Source of the DNA: a virus
Lineage: Duplodnaviria; Caudoviricetes
Length of the DNA: 64,000 bases
IMG/VR virus record: IMGVR_UViG_3300025133_009061
Span: 8,643-72,642 of that record
Reading direction: 5' to 3' (one strand)
The position numbers were made by a program, and so were the translations under genes. The number at the start of each line of letters is the position of its first letter. The stretch's first letter is position 1. The notes beneath the pieces are model-generated. The model saw nothing but the letters and a program-made list of their open reading frames with translations. It had not been told where the DNA came from and did not search any database. Below, piece by piece: positions 38,294-47,128 of the stretch.

Positions 38294-39099
38294 AAATCGC
38301 TTTATGCTTACATGGATACTTTGTTAATTCCGGAGGTACTCAAGCTTCTGTTCGAGGGGCACAATATATAAAAGATAACATTACAAAAGACAACAATGTT
38401 GATATTTTTGTTCACGGTTGGGAACAGACACCGAGCACCCAAGACTTAATAACCTCTACTTATAACCCTACGCAATGCTTGTTTGAAACACAAAATGAAT
38501 TTGAGGAAGAGTTAAGCAAGATTAAATTTTCTGATTTTGACGACAGTTTTAATCGCGCTCAAACGGTGTATAAAGGAAATTCTCCTTTTCAAACCTTAAG
38601 CTTCCTTTACTCACGTAAACAGGTAATGACCCTCAAAAAAAATCATGAAGAAGAAGCGGGGTTTAAGTATGACTGCGTAGTGTTAGCTCGTTTTGACTTA
38701 GGCCAACGAGGGAAAGAGTGGCCTCAAAAATATTACGCCACAGACATAAGATTTGACCCTAGCCTAGATATGAATTATCTATATTCATGCTTTTGGGATC
38801 AGCTAAATTGGGGCTACGCTGATCACTGGTTCTATTCTAATTCTGCAAATATGGATATCGTTGGGAACGCTTTTGACAAAGTTGTGTCTTATTACCAAAG
38901 CGATTCTGATTATTCTAAGGCGATAACAAATGGATGGCCGCACAGTAATAACCAAAACGAATTTAGCAATGAGATGCTCAAAGATGATCCCTCGGAAGAT
39001 TTAGTTAAATGGGAAAAGTGGCACTGCATAGACAACCACAAGTACTACAAGTGGTATTTTCTTGATACGGGACTGTATAAAAAAAGCAAATTTGTATGA
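38290..39099 (+). CDS. Hypothetical glycan-island protein
   Basis: MKIALCLHG, YDCVVLARFD, DHWFYS. Confidence 0.6.
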   Translation: MKIALCLHGYFVNSGGTQASVRGAQYIKDNITKDNNVDIFVHGWEQTPSTQDLITSTYNPTQCLFETQNEFEEELSKIKFSDFDDSFNRAQTVYKGNSPFQTLSFLYSRKQVMTLKKNHEEEAGFKYDCVVLARFDLGQRGKEWPQKYYATDIRFDPSLDMNYLYSCFWDQLNWGYADHWFYSNSANMDIVGNAFDKVVSYYQSDSDYSKAITNGWPHSNNQNEFSNEMLKDDPSEDLVKWEKWHCIDNHKYYKWYFLDTGLYKKSKFV

Positions 39100-39830
39100 C
39101 CAATATAAAGGACATTTCAATTATTATGTATTCTCATCACGATTATGGTGATGTATGGCCCATGTTCACCGGTCAGATAGATAAATATTTTCCAAAAGAA
39201 GTTAACAGGTTGATATTTTCAAACACGACAACTCTCCCAATACCGGAAGGGTGGAAAATTATAGAATACGACGACGGCTCCGCTTACAACAACAAAGTCT
39301 CGTCTTGTCTCTCTAAAATAAATACAGAATTTTGTCTATATCATCAAGAAGATATGCCTCTGTACGATTCCCCCGACATAAAAACAATAGAATCATTTCT
39401 CCCTGAGATTTCCAAAGGCAACATAGATTTTGTTAAGCTTATTAAAGGCGGCCTAACTGAAGACGTCCCCTATAGATTTCGTTATCCCGGTTTATTTAAA
39501 ATACCAAGTGACGCTCAGTACATTTACGCTAACCAACCCAGCGTCTGGAAAACATCCCGACTTAAAGAGATATTCCAATACACTTTCACACCCACTATAA
39601 GAGACTTTGAAATAAAAGCCCAAAATAGTTGCCGAGCTTTAGATATCAAAGGATGTTATACCCACAACAAAGAGAGCCAAAGAGGTGAACTCCACTGGGA
39701 CTCCTCAGTTTATCCTTATGTGGCGACTGCTATAGTGAAGGGTAAATGGAACACTTCTCAGTACCCCCAAGAACTACGTGAATTATTCAAACAATATAAA
39801 ATAGACCCATCAAAAAGGGGGGAAGCATGA
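39096..39830 (+). CDS. GT-A-like hypothetical protein
   Basis: LYHQEDM, NQPSVWK, AIVKGKW. Confidence 0.55.
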   Translation: MTNIKDISIIMYSHHDYGDVWPMFTGQIDKYFPKEVNRLIFSNTTTLPIPEGWKIIEYDDGSAYNNKVSSCLSKINTEFCLYHQEDMPLYDSPDIKTIESFLPEISKGNIDFVKLIKGGLTEDVPYRFRYPGLFKIPSDAQYIYANQPSVWKTSRLKEIFQYTFTPTIRDFEIKAQNSCRALDIKGCYTHNKESQRGELHWDSSVYPYVATAIVKGKWNTSQYPQELRELFKQYKIDPSKRGEA

Positions 39831-40357
39831 TCAAGCTTTTGATTTTAGATGTAGACGGCGTCTTAACCGATGGAAGAAAAACCTACAATGCAGAAGGACT
39901 CGGGTGTTATAAAGTTTTTTGTGATAAGGATTTCACGGCGATAAAACGCCTCAAAGCAGCGGGGGTCAAGGTGTGCTTTCTGTCCGGAGACGAGAACATA
40001 AACAGGGCCATAGCTAAAAACAGGGATATAGACTTCTACTTCTCTAGAGGCAAGTGCAAGACGGCTTTTCTGAAAACCTTCAGTAAAAAATATAATTGTT
40101 CTTTTTCTGAAATGGCCTTCGTGGGGGACGATCTTTTTGATTTATTGATCGCTGAAGAAGTCGGCTATTCTTTTTGTCCGTCCGATTCATGTCCCGAAAT
40201 TAAAGAAGAAGCAAGCCTTGTGCTGGAAAACAAAGGAGGGGAAAACGTAATAATGGAACTGGTAACCTACCTAACCAACAACAAACTGATTCCCACCACT
40301 TCACCCAAGGAAACGTTAGAAAGAGTCTACGCACTGGATGAAAAAGAAAAGTTTTAA
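39827..40357 (+). CDS. KdsC-like HAD phosphatase
   Basis: ILDVDGVLTDG, FVGDDLFD, GGENVI. Confidence 0.85.
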   Translation: MIKLLILDVDGVLTDGRKTYNAEGLGCYKVFCDKDFTAIKRLKAAGVKVCFLSGDENINRAIAKNRDIDFYFSRGKCKTAFLKTFSKKYNCSFSEMAFVGDDLFDLLIAEEVGYSFCPSDSCPEIKEEASLVLENKGGENVIMELVTYLTNNKLIPTTSPKETLERVYALDEKEKF

Positions 40358-41048
40358 ACTGGCACTTTTTGGAAAGCGTTACCAAGACCGGATTTTTTCT
40401 ATACCCACCTTTAAAAAGGGGGAAACAAATATAGCCAAGACCACCGAGGTCCAACTAGGAGGAATTTATAATATTGACAGGTTAAAATTCCCCCGCCTCA
40501 AAACTAAACTCTTTGAGGAAGGCAGCGTCGAAGCGGTTATAATCAGTGAGTTAAAAAGCTCGAAACGTAGTTCTATCCTTTCCAATCCGCAATCTTTTGA
40601 AAGAAGGGATACCTCATGGAAAAACTCCCATGACTGGACCCATCTAGCTTATGTAGATGATATTCATTCTTCCTATTTGCCTTATTTTTCGCAGCCCAAC
40701 GTAAGCATTGACTTCTGTACCCTAGATCCACGGGAGAAATATTTACCGATTATTCATGCTTGCTCTATAGTGTTCGATTCCCGAGAAAGGAAGCCGCTTT
40801 ACAACAAAATAAGAACTAAAACGCCCCTAATGTTTCATGACGAATACGGCTGTGAATGCGTGGTTGACGGAAAATCCACCCATTCCTTTAAAATGAAACC
40901 CATAAAAGGCCTTCAAGTTAACGGAGCCGGGGATATATTTTGTGGAATATTTCTTTTTCAACTGTATAATTTAGGTCTAGAGGTGGCCGTTAAAACGGCA
41001 TGTAGAAAAACCACCGACTATTTAAAACTAAACTATGAAAAAGTATAA
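40338..41048 (+). CDS. PfkB-family carbohydrate kinase-like protein
   Basis: C-terminal VNGAGDIFCG. Confidence 0.7.
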   Translation: MKKKSFKLALFGKRYQDRIFSIPTFKKGETNIAKTTEVQLGGIYNIDRLKFPRLKTKLFEEGSVEAVIISELKSSKRSSILSNPQSFERRDTSWKNSHDWTHLAYVDDIHSSYLPYFSQPNVSIDFCTLDPREKYLPIIHACSIVFDSRERKPLYNKIRTKTPLMFHDEYGCECVVDGKSTHSFKMKPIKGLQVNGAGDIFCGIFLFQLYNLGLEVAVKTACRKTTDYLKLNYEKV

Positions 41049-42192
41049 CCTGCTTCTTCCTATCGCAGGCAAAGCGCAAAGGTTCTTGGACAAGGGGTAT
41101 ACAATGCCCAAACCCCTAATAATGACCAAAGACAGGCATGTTATCGACTGGTCCATGGATTCTATCGACATGGATGAGTGTAACGTAATCTTTGCAGTAC
41201 GCTTAGAGCATATCAACAATTTTTCTATAGACGATATCTTGAGGCAAAAATTTGGTGACGACATTAAAATCGTAGTGATAGACCGGATAACAGACGGTTC
41301 CGTTTCAACATGCTTATTAGCCAAAAATCTAATTAACAATGATTTACCCTTAATAATCTACACCCCAGATGTTTACTTTGAAGATCCGTTTATTCCTGCG
41401 GCAATCGATCCTAGTTTAGACGGCTTTATTTTGACCTTTAAGGCCAACAGTCCGGCCCACAGCTATGTAGAACTCAATGAGTCAGGGCTTGCGGCGCGCA
41501 CAGCGGAGAAAGAAGTGATAAGCGAAAACGCGGCCGTAGGAGTCTACTATTACAAAACAGGCAGGATGTTTGTGAAATATGCGGAAGAAATGGTCGAAAA
41601 AAATATAAGGACTAAAAATGAGTTCTATATTTGCCCCATGTATAATTCATTAATTCGTGATGGGCTAAAAGTAGGGATATCTCAAGTTAAAAAAATGCAT
41701 GTTTTAGGAACTCCTCCCGAATTAGAGTTTTTTATTGATCATGTTACGAGTCGCTTTGGGGAAAAGCCAGTGGCCCTTTGTGGAGACCATTCGGGATTCG
41801 ACATGAAGACTATTGCCCAAAAGGTATTGGACAAAAATCAAATTCCCTACATAGACTTTGGTACCTATGTTAAAAAAGATTGTGACTATAACGAATATGT
41901 CATGGCGGCAGCGGATTCAATAAAAAACAAAGTATGTGATTTCGGAATGGGTTTTTGTCGGACTGGTCAAGGAATCAATATACTTGCAAATCACCTAGAA
42001 GGAACAACGTCAGCTTTGGTTATAGATGATTATATGGCCGAATATGCCTTACGACACAACTGTGCTAATTTCTTTTCTATTCCGGAAAAATATGTTTCTG
42101 AGAACGACTTGGACAGAATGGTTAAGATTTGGAAAAAAACTTCGTTTGACGGAGGAAGACATATGACCCGAATGAAGAAAACAAGGGGGTAG
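41035..42192 (+). CDS. Sugar nucleotidyltransferase-RpiB fusion
   Basis: N-term LPIAGKAQRF...PKPLI; C-term GDHSG, DFGT, FCRTGQG, RHNCAN, FDGGRH (RpiB/LacAB). Confidence 0.85.
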   Translation: MKKYNLLLPIAGKAQRFLDKGYTMPKPLIMTKDRHVIDWSMDSIDMDECNVIFAVRLEHINNFSIDDILRQKFGDDIKIVVIDRITDGSVSTCLLAKNLINNDLPLIIYTPDVYFEDPFIPAAIDPSLDGFILTFKANSPAHSYVELNESGLAARTAEKEVISENAAVGVYYYKTGRMFVKYAEEMVEKNIRTKNEFYICPMYNSLIRDGLKVGISQVKKMHVLGTPPELEFFIDHVTSRFGEKPVALCGDHSGFDMKTIAQKVLDKNQIPYIDFGTYVKKDCDYNEYVMAAADSIKNKVCDFGMGFCRTGQGINILANHLEGTTSALVIDDYMAEYALRHNCANFFSIPEKYVSENDLDRMVKIWKKTSFDGGRHMTRMKKTRG

Positions 42193-42194
42193 CG

Positions 42195-42842
42195 ATGAAA
42201 GACATAAAGCTACACAAGAGACTTCTGAAGTTGCTCCATGACCACAACGAAGAACATATGGGGAGCTGTTTTTCATGCGTTGATATCATAGATAATATTT
42301 TTGAAAACAAATCCAAGGAGGATATTTTTGTTCTATCTAACGGTCATGCTGCTTTTGCTCTCTATTCAGTACTAGAAAAATATTACCCCCACATAGATGC
42401 AGACAAACTCGTCGAACGTCACGGTGGTCATCCAAACCGAGACGAAGAAAACCATATCTATTGTTCGACAGGGAGCCTTGGAATGGGAATCATGATAGCG
42501 GTAGGTCGTGCAGTTACGAACCCTAACCGCACAGTTTACGCGATGATCAGTGATGGGGAATCCACCGAAGGTTCCGTCTGGGAAGCTCTGAGATATATAG
42601 AAGAAAAGAATGTAGAAAATATTGAAGTTCATGTTAATGCGAACGGGTATGCTTGTTACGATGAGATGGATGTTGATTATTTGGAACGAAGATGTAAGGC
42701 CTTCATGCCGAGAATTCATTTTCATAGAACCAAAGATCAAACTTTTCCATTTTCTTTCTTGCAGGGTCTAGACGCACACTATATAAAAATAAACAAAAAA
42801 CAATACGGAGAAGCTTTGGAGGCCCTAAACAATGAGTGTTAG
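42195..42842 (+). CDS. Transketolase-like, TPP-binding subunit
   Basis: LSNGHA, STGSLGMG, SDGESTEGSVWEA. Confidence 0.9.
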   Translation: MKDIKLHKRLLKLLHDHNEEHMGSCFSCVDIIDNIFENKSKEDIFVLSNGHAAFALYSVLEKYYPHIDADKLVERHGGHPNRDEENHIYCSTGSLGMGIMIAVGRAVTNPNRTVYAMISDGESTEGSVWEALRYIEEKNVENIEVHVNANGYACYDEMDVDYLERRCKAFMPRIHFHRTKDQTFPFSFLQGLDAHYIKINKKQYGEALEALNNEC

Positions 42843-43311
42843 AAAAACTTTCGTCAAACTTTTACACGACCAAATGAAAAGAAATAAAAAAATAGTTTTA
42901 ATTCTTGGTGATTTGGGTTACGGGCATTTTGACGCTATTAGGGAAGAATTTCCGCGTAGAGTCTTTAACCCCGGCGCGGCGGAGCAGCTAATGTTAGGGA
43001 TGGCTTGCGGGATGGCCATGGAAGACAAAATACCCGTATGTTACTCCATGACTCCGTTTATTTTATATCGACCATTTGAAATAATAAGAACCTTTATAGA
43101 TCATGAAAAGATTCCCATTATTCTTGCGGCAGCGGGGAGAGACAAAGACTACGCTTCGGCAGGGTGGTCTCACTGGGCAACTGACGACAAAGAACATTTA
43201 TCAGGCTTTAAAAATATTTCAAAACTCTGGCCGGACGAACAGTTACTTGAAACGGAATTTCCAAATATAATAAACACTCAGCTTCCCTATTATGTTAATT
43301 TGTCGAGGTAA
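42832..43311 (+). CDS. Transketolase-like, pyrimidine-binding subunit
   Basis: GDLGYG, GAAEQLMLGMACGMA, RPFEIIR, SHWATDD. Confidence 0.9.
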   Translation: MSVRKTFVKLLHDQMKRNKKIVLILGDLGYGHFDAIREEFPRRVFNPGAAEQLMLGMACGMAMEDKIPVCYSMTPFILYRPFEIIRTFIDHEKIPIILAAAGRDKDYASAGWSHWATDDKEHLSGFKNISKLWPDEQLLETEFPNIINTQLPYYVNLSR

Positions 43312-43313
43312 TT

Positions 43314-43397
43314 ATGGACTTTGATTTATTAGTACAAGGCCCGCTAAACAAGCAAAGGGTATGCGTGGTATGGTGGGAATGGATTTTTAAAATATGA
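43314..43397 (+). pseudogene. 27-codon remnant starting MDFDLLVQGPL (WavE-like N-terminus)
   Basis: Perfect operon fit with ATGA overlap to the next gene; V(I)QGP start typical of WavE-like proteins. Confidence 0.35.
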
Positions 43398-43813
43398 TTC
43401 TAATAGCACATAGAGCTAACTTAAACGGGCCAGACTACTCTACAGCAAACACTCCCCGCCAGATAAATAAAGTTATAGAACTGGGGCTAAACTGCGAAGT
43501 AGACGTGTGGAAAGTTAACGACGACTTTTTTCTAGGACACGACGAACCCAAGTATAAAACAGAGTTGGAATTTTTAAAAAACGACAAACTATGGTGTCAC
43601 GCCAAAAATTTGGAAGCCTTGGAGAGCATGCTTTATAATAACATACATTGCTTTTGGCACGAAACCGACAAATTCACAGTAACCTCGAAGGGATATATCT
43701 GGACGTTTCCCGGCGAGAAAGTTGTAGACAAGTCGGTGATCGTACATAAAGATGCTGAATGGGAAAACAAATATGATTGTCATGCGGTGTGCAGTGACTA
43801 TTTAACCACGTAA
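43394..43813 (+). CDS. Glycerophosphodiester phosphodiesterase-like small protein
   Basis: IAHRANLNG, EVDVW, LGHD, WCHAKN. Confidence 0.7.
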   Translation: MILIAHRANLNGPDYSTANTPRQINKVIELGLNCEVDVWKVNDDFFLGHDEPKYKTELEFLKNDKLWCHAKNLEALESMLYNNIHCFWHETDKFTVTSKGYIWTFPGEKVVDKSVIVHKDAEWENKYDCHAVCSDYLTT

Positions 43814-43814
43814 T

Positions 43815-44867
43815 ATGAAAAAAGTACTAATAACGGGAATACTTGGCCAAGACGGAGCTAACATGGCTGAGTACCTATTGTCTTTGGAAGGCGACATGGA
43901 GATATACGGAATGATGCGCCGAACCTCCAACGTTAATAAAAGTAACATTGAAGCCTTTGAGAACCATCCTAGCTTTAACTTGGTTTACGGTGACTTAACC
44001 GACAATATTTCGATCGACAAGGTAGTAAGAGAAATCCAGCCTGATTATTTTATTAATTTTGGAGCTAATTCCTTCGTAGGGTGCAGCTGGGACATGCCAC
44101 TACAGGTTTTCGATGTTAATACTTTGGGGGTTATCCGATCCTTGGAAGCTATTAGAAAGTTTAAGCCGGAGTGTCGTTTTTACAGCGCCGGAAGCTCTGA
44201 GGAATTAGGTGATGTGGACTACAGTCCTCAGGACATAAACCACCCCATTAAAGCGAGAAGCCCATACGGAGCCTCAAAAGCAGCCTCGCGCCATTTAGTG
44301 AAAGTTTATAGGGAATCTTACAATATGTTTGCAATCCACAGTATCCTCTTTAACCACGAAGGACTTCGCCGGGGGGAAGAGTTCGTCACAAGAAAGATTA
44401 CCAAAGGGGTTGCTCAAATCAAACGGGCAATAGACGCAGGGTCAGACTTTACCCCACTTCAGCTCGGAAACGTAAACGCAAGGCGAGATTGGTCTGATTC
44501 GGAAGACTTTATTAGGGCGGTATGGCTGATGCTCAACCAAAAAGAACCAAAAGAGTATGTTCTTTCCAGCAATGAAACTCATAGCGTAAAGGAATTTGTT
44601 TCACTAGCCTTCCAAGAAGCGGGAATAGCGGGTTTATGGAGCGGTGAAGGCTTGGATGAAAAATTTAGAATTTTTCAGGAAAATAAAATTTTAGCAGAAG
44701 TGAATGAAGATTTTTATCGTCCTGCGGAAGTTGACCTGCTCTACGGTGACTCTAATCCTATTCGAGAAGAGTTAGGGTGGAAACCCAAGTTTTCCTTCCA
44801 AGATTTAGTCAAAAGGATGGTAAATAATGACCTTGAAATTGCAAAAAAACGGGCTTTTTCCCCCTGA
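43815..44867 (+). CDS. gmd: GDP-mannose 4,6-dehydratase
   Basis: ITGILGQDG, YSAGSSEE, SPYGASK, FNHEG, GEEFVTRKIT, RPAEVDLL. Confidence 0.95.
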   Translation: MKKVLITGILGQDGANMAEYLLSLEGDMEIYGMMRRTSNVNKSNIEAFENHPSFNLVYGDLTDNISIDKVVREIQPDYFINFGANSFVGCSWDMPLQVFDVNTLGVIRSLEAIRKFKPECRFYSAGSSEELGDVDYSPQDINHPIKARSPYGASKAASRHLVKVYRESYNMFAIHSILFNHEGLRRGEEFVTRKITKGVAQIKRAIDAGSDFTPLQLGNVNARRDWSDSEDFIRAVWLMLNQKEPKEYVLSSNETHSVKEFVSLAFQEAGIAGLWSGEGLDEKFRIFQENKILAEVNEDFYRPAEVDLLYGDSNPIREELGWKPKFSFQDLVKRMVNNDLEIAKKRAFSP

Positions 44868-44902
44868 GCTTCCTCCCTTGGAGTTTTTCAAAAATACTAG
44901 CT

Positions 44903-45256
44903 ATGTGCCCCCTTTGCGAACTAAAAATTAAAATACACACCTATGATGAAACTGACCCCAGATGGATTATCATCGACTGCATGAGCTGCCTCCTCCCAAT
45001 GAGCGTGTGGAGGGGCAACCCACTACACACCATGAAGATAGATCCCGTAGACCACCAAGAGATGGAAGAAGCCCTTCGCAAGGTAGCTAAGGAAAAGTTT
45101 AGTAATGAAGATTTTTACATAGATAAGAAGCAAAACGAGATTCCTGACCATCTTCACTGGCATGCACGCCCTAATGGATGGAAATTTCCTTTAAAATTTC
45201 GGATCAAAAATAAAATAATGGGTTTTTATCGAAAACTTATGAGAGACCCAAGTTAA
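44903..45256 (+). CDS. HIT-like / zinc-binding hypothetical protein
   Basis: CPLC, CMSC, HLHWHAR. Confidence 0.6.
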   Translation: MCPLCELKIKIHTYDETDPRWIIIDCMSCLLPMSVWRGNPLHTMKIDPVDHQEMEEALRKVAKEKFSNEDFYIDKKQNEIPDHLHWHARPNGWKFPLKFRIKNKIMGFYRKLMRDPS

Positions 45257-45269
45257 GAAAAAAAAGGTC

Positions 45270-45298
45270 TTGACTTAAGTCCCCCGAAGAAGCATAAT
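45270..45298 (+). promoter_or_regulatory. sigma70-like promoter of the recA/replication operon
   Basis: TTGACT-17 bp (TAAGTCCCCC...)-CATAAT. Confidence 0.7.
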
Positions 45299-45314
45299 TA
45301 GATCAGCTGGTGAT

Positions 45315-46412
45315 ATGGCAGAAAAGAAAAAAAAGAAAGAGTCTAAACTATTTGACGACCCCATTGCTCAAATAAAGAGTTATCTTGATGAAAACAAAGA
45401 GGATCACTTTAACTTTGAAGAGGCTCCTACCTACGTGGTTTCCAGTGGAAGTTTGTTACTGGATATAGAAATGGGAGGAGGAATTCGTCCTTCTATCATC
45501 CGTGCTTCCGGTCTAGCGGAAGGAGGTAAAACTTCATGCGCTCTTTCTTTTGCTAAAAACTTTCAGAACACGGTAGATAACGGGATGGTTATCTATATAA
45601 AGTCGGAAGGAAGGCTTTCCCCTGAAATGATCGAACGCTCAGGGGTGGATACTTCTCCAGAAAAATGGTTTGTTTATAAAAGTAACATTTTTGAGAGCAT
45701 CTTGCAATTAATGAAGGATTTAGTTACAAACAATTCCACAGACTGTAAATATTTTTTTATTGTTGATTCGATGGATGCCATGGTTCCCAAAAACGACATA
45801 GATAAACCGTTTGAGGAATCCGATAAAGTTGCGGGGGGGTCGGTTTTAAGCTCTAACTTTTTGAAGAAAATGGCGTTGGCTCTTTCGAGTAGGGGTCATA
45901 TTTGCTTTATGATTTCTCAAGTAAGGAGCAAAGTTAGCGTCAATAAGTTTGACACGGGTGACCCCAAACTTACAAACGCTTCCGGAGGAAACGCGTTGCT
46001 CCACTATTCGGACTGGATTTTGGAGTTTCAGCCCCGCTACCAAAAAGATATGATACCCCCCAAGTCAGACAGTCCACAAGGACACAACTGCAAGGTTATC
46101 TTCAGAAAGTCCGCAAATGAAAAAACGGGTAAAAAGGTAGAGTACCCAATTAAATATGGCCGCACAAACGGCAGAAGCGTCTGGACAGAGTATGAAGTTA
46201 TCGGAATGCTTTTGCAGTGGGAGATGGCTAAAGCCAGCGGCGCTTGGATCACCGTGGGAGAACCTTTAATTAAAGAACTTAAAAAGGCGGGCTTAGAAAT
46301 GACGGTCAAACATCACGGCGAAGAGAATTTGCGTAAATACTTGGAAGATAATATAAAAATATGCGAGTTCCTTTTTAATAAATTTAGAAAAGCTTTACAA
46401 ATTACAAAGTGA
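45315..46412 (+). CDS. recA: RecA/UvsX-like recombinase
   Basis: SSGSLLLDIEMGGG, Walker A GLAEGGKT, IVDSMDA, ISQVR, GGNALLHYS. Confidence 0.9.
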   Translation: MAEKKKKKESKLFDDPIAQIKSYLDENKEDHFNFEEAPTYVVSSGSLLLDIEMGGGIRPSIIRASGLAEGGKTSCALSFAKNFQNTVDNGMVIYIKSEGRLSPEMIERSGVDTSPEKWFVYKSNIFESILQLMKDLVTNNSTDCKYFFIVDSMDAMVPKNDIDKPFEESDKVAGGSVLSSNFLKKMALALSSRGHICFMISQVRSKVSVNKFDTGDPKLTNASGGNALLHYSDWILEFQPRYQKDMIPPKSDSPQGHNCKVIFRKSANEKTGKKVEYPIKYGRTNGRSVWTEYEVIGMLLQWEMAKASGAWITVGEPLIKELKKAGLEMTVKHHGEENLRKYLEDNIKICEFLFNKFRKALQITK

Positions 46413-46825
46413 AGCTTTACAACACTTATGGAAGACTCGTATCTAAGAACGTTCAAAAGTATCGCGTTAAATGGGAAGGTAAATGCCGCTCCAACATTCA
46501 ATTTAAAGTTAAACAATTTTTTAAACCTTATTGGATAAATCACATTTGCTATGAAGAATTCCCCGTTTATGGAACACGAATGAAGGTAGACATGATAAAT
46601 ATGACAAAACGTATTGCCGTAGAAGTTCAGGGCGCTCAACACGAGTCTTTCAATAAGTTTTTTCACGGTAATTCTCGCGCAAAATACCTTGCTTCCATAA
46701 AAAGAGATTATGAGAAAAGGATATGGCTTGAAAATAATAATTTTAAAGTTTTAGAAATAAGAGAAGAAGATTTAGCGTCCCTTTCTAGGGGGTACATTTT
46801 GGAGAAATTTGAAGTAAACATTTAA
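46409..46825 (+). CDS. DUF559/Vsr-like endonuclease
   Basis: VDMIN...IAVEVQGAQH...RDYEKRIWLENNNFKVLEI. Confidence 0.7.
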   Translation: MKLYNTYGRLVSKNVQKYRVKWEGKCRSNIQFKVKQFFKPYWINHICYEEFPVYGTRMKVDMINMTKRIAVEVQGAQHESFNKFFHGNSRAKYLASIKRDYEKRIWLENNNFKVLEIREEDLASLSRGYILEKFEVNI

Positions 46826-46843
46826 AATAGTGTAATTATCCTT

Positions 46844-47128
46844 ATGACAGTAAACGAAGAGAATAGAATACCGGATATCTTGTTGGATCAGTTAAGTGAA
46901 TGGTCCTGTGGGGGGTTCATGCTTTTCAATTTTGACGAACAAGGTAACCCGCAGGTTTATTCGAAGGCGGAAGACGAAATGAATGCTATGTCTTTACAAT
47001 ACTTTGTGAGTCATTGGTCAAACGCGATGGAGACAATGAACTCGGACAGTTTTATGAACAATTTAAATACTGTCTTTAAAAAACAAGATAAACAAGACGA
47101 AGAAGAAGGGTTTGAAGAAAATGAGTGA
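46844..47128 (+). CDS. Small acidic hypothetical protein
   Basis: GTGTAA 8 nt upstream; overlaps the tubulin gene start. Confidence 0.6.
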   Translation: MTVNEENRIPDILLDQLSEWSCGGFMLFNFDEQGNPQVYSKAEDEMNAMSLQYFVSHWSNAMETMNSDSFMNNLNTVFKKQDKQDEEEGFEENE

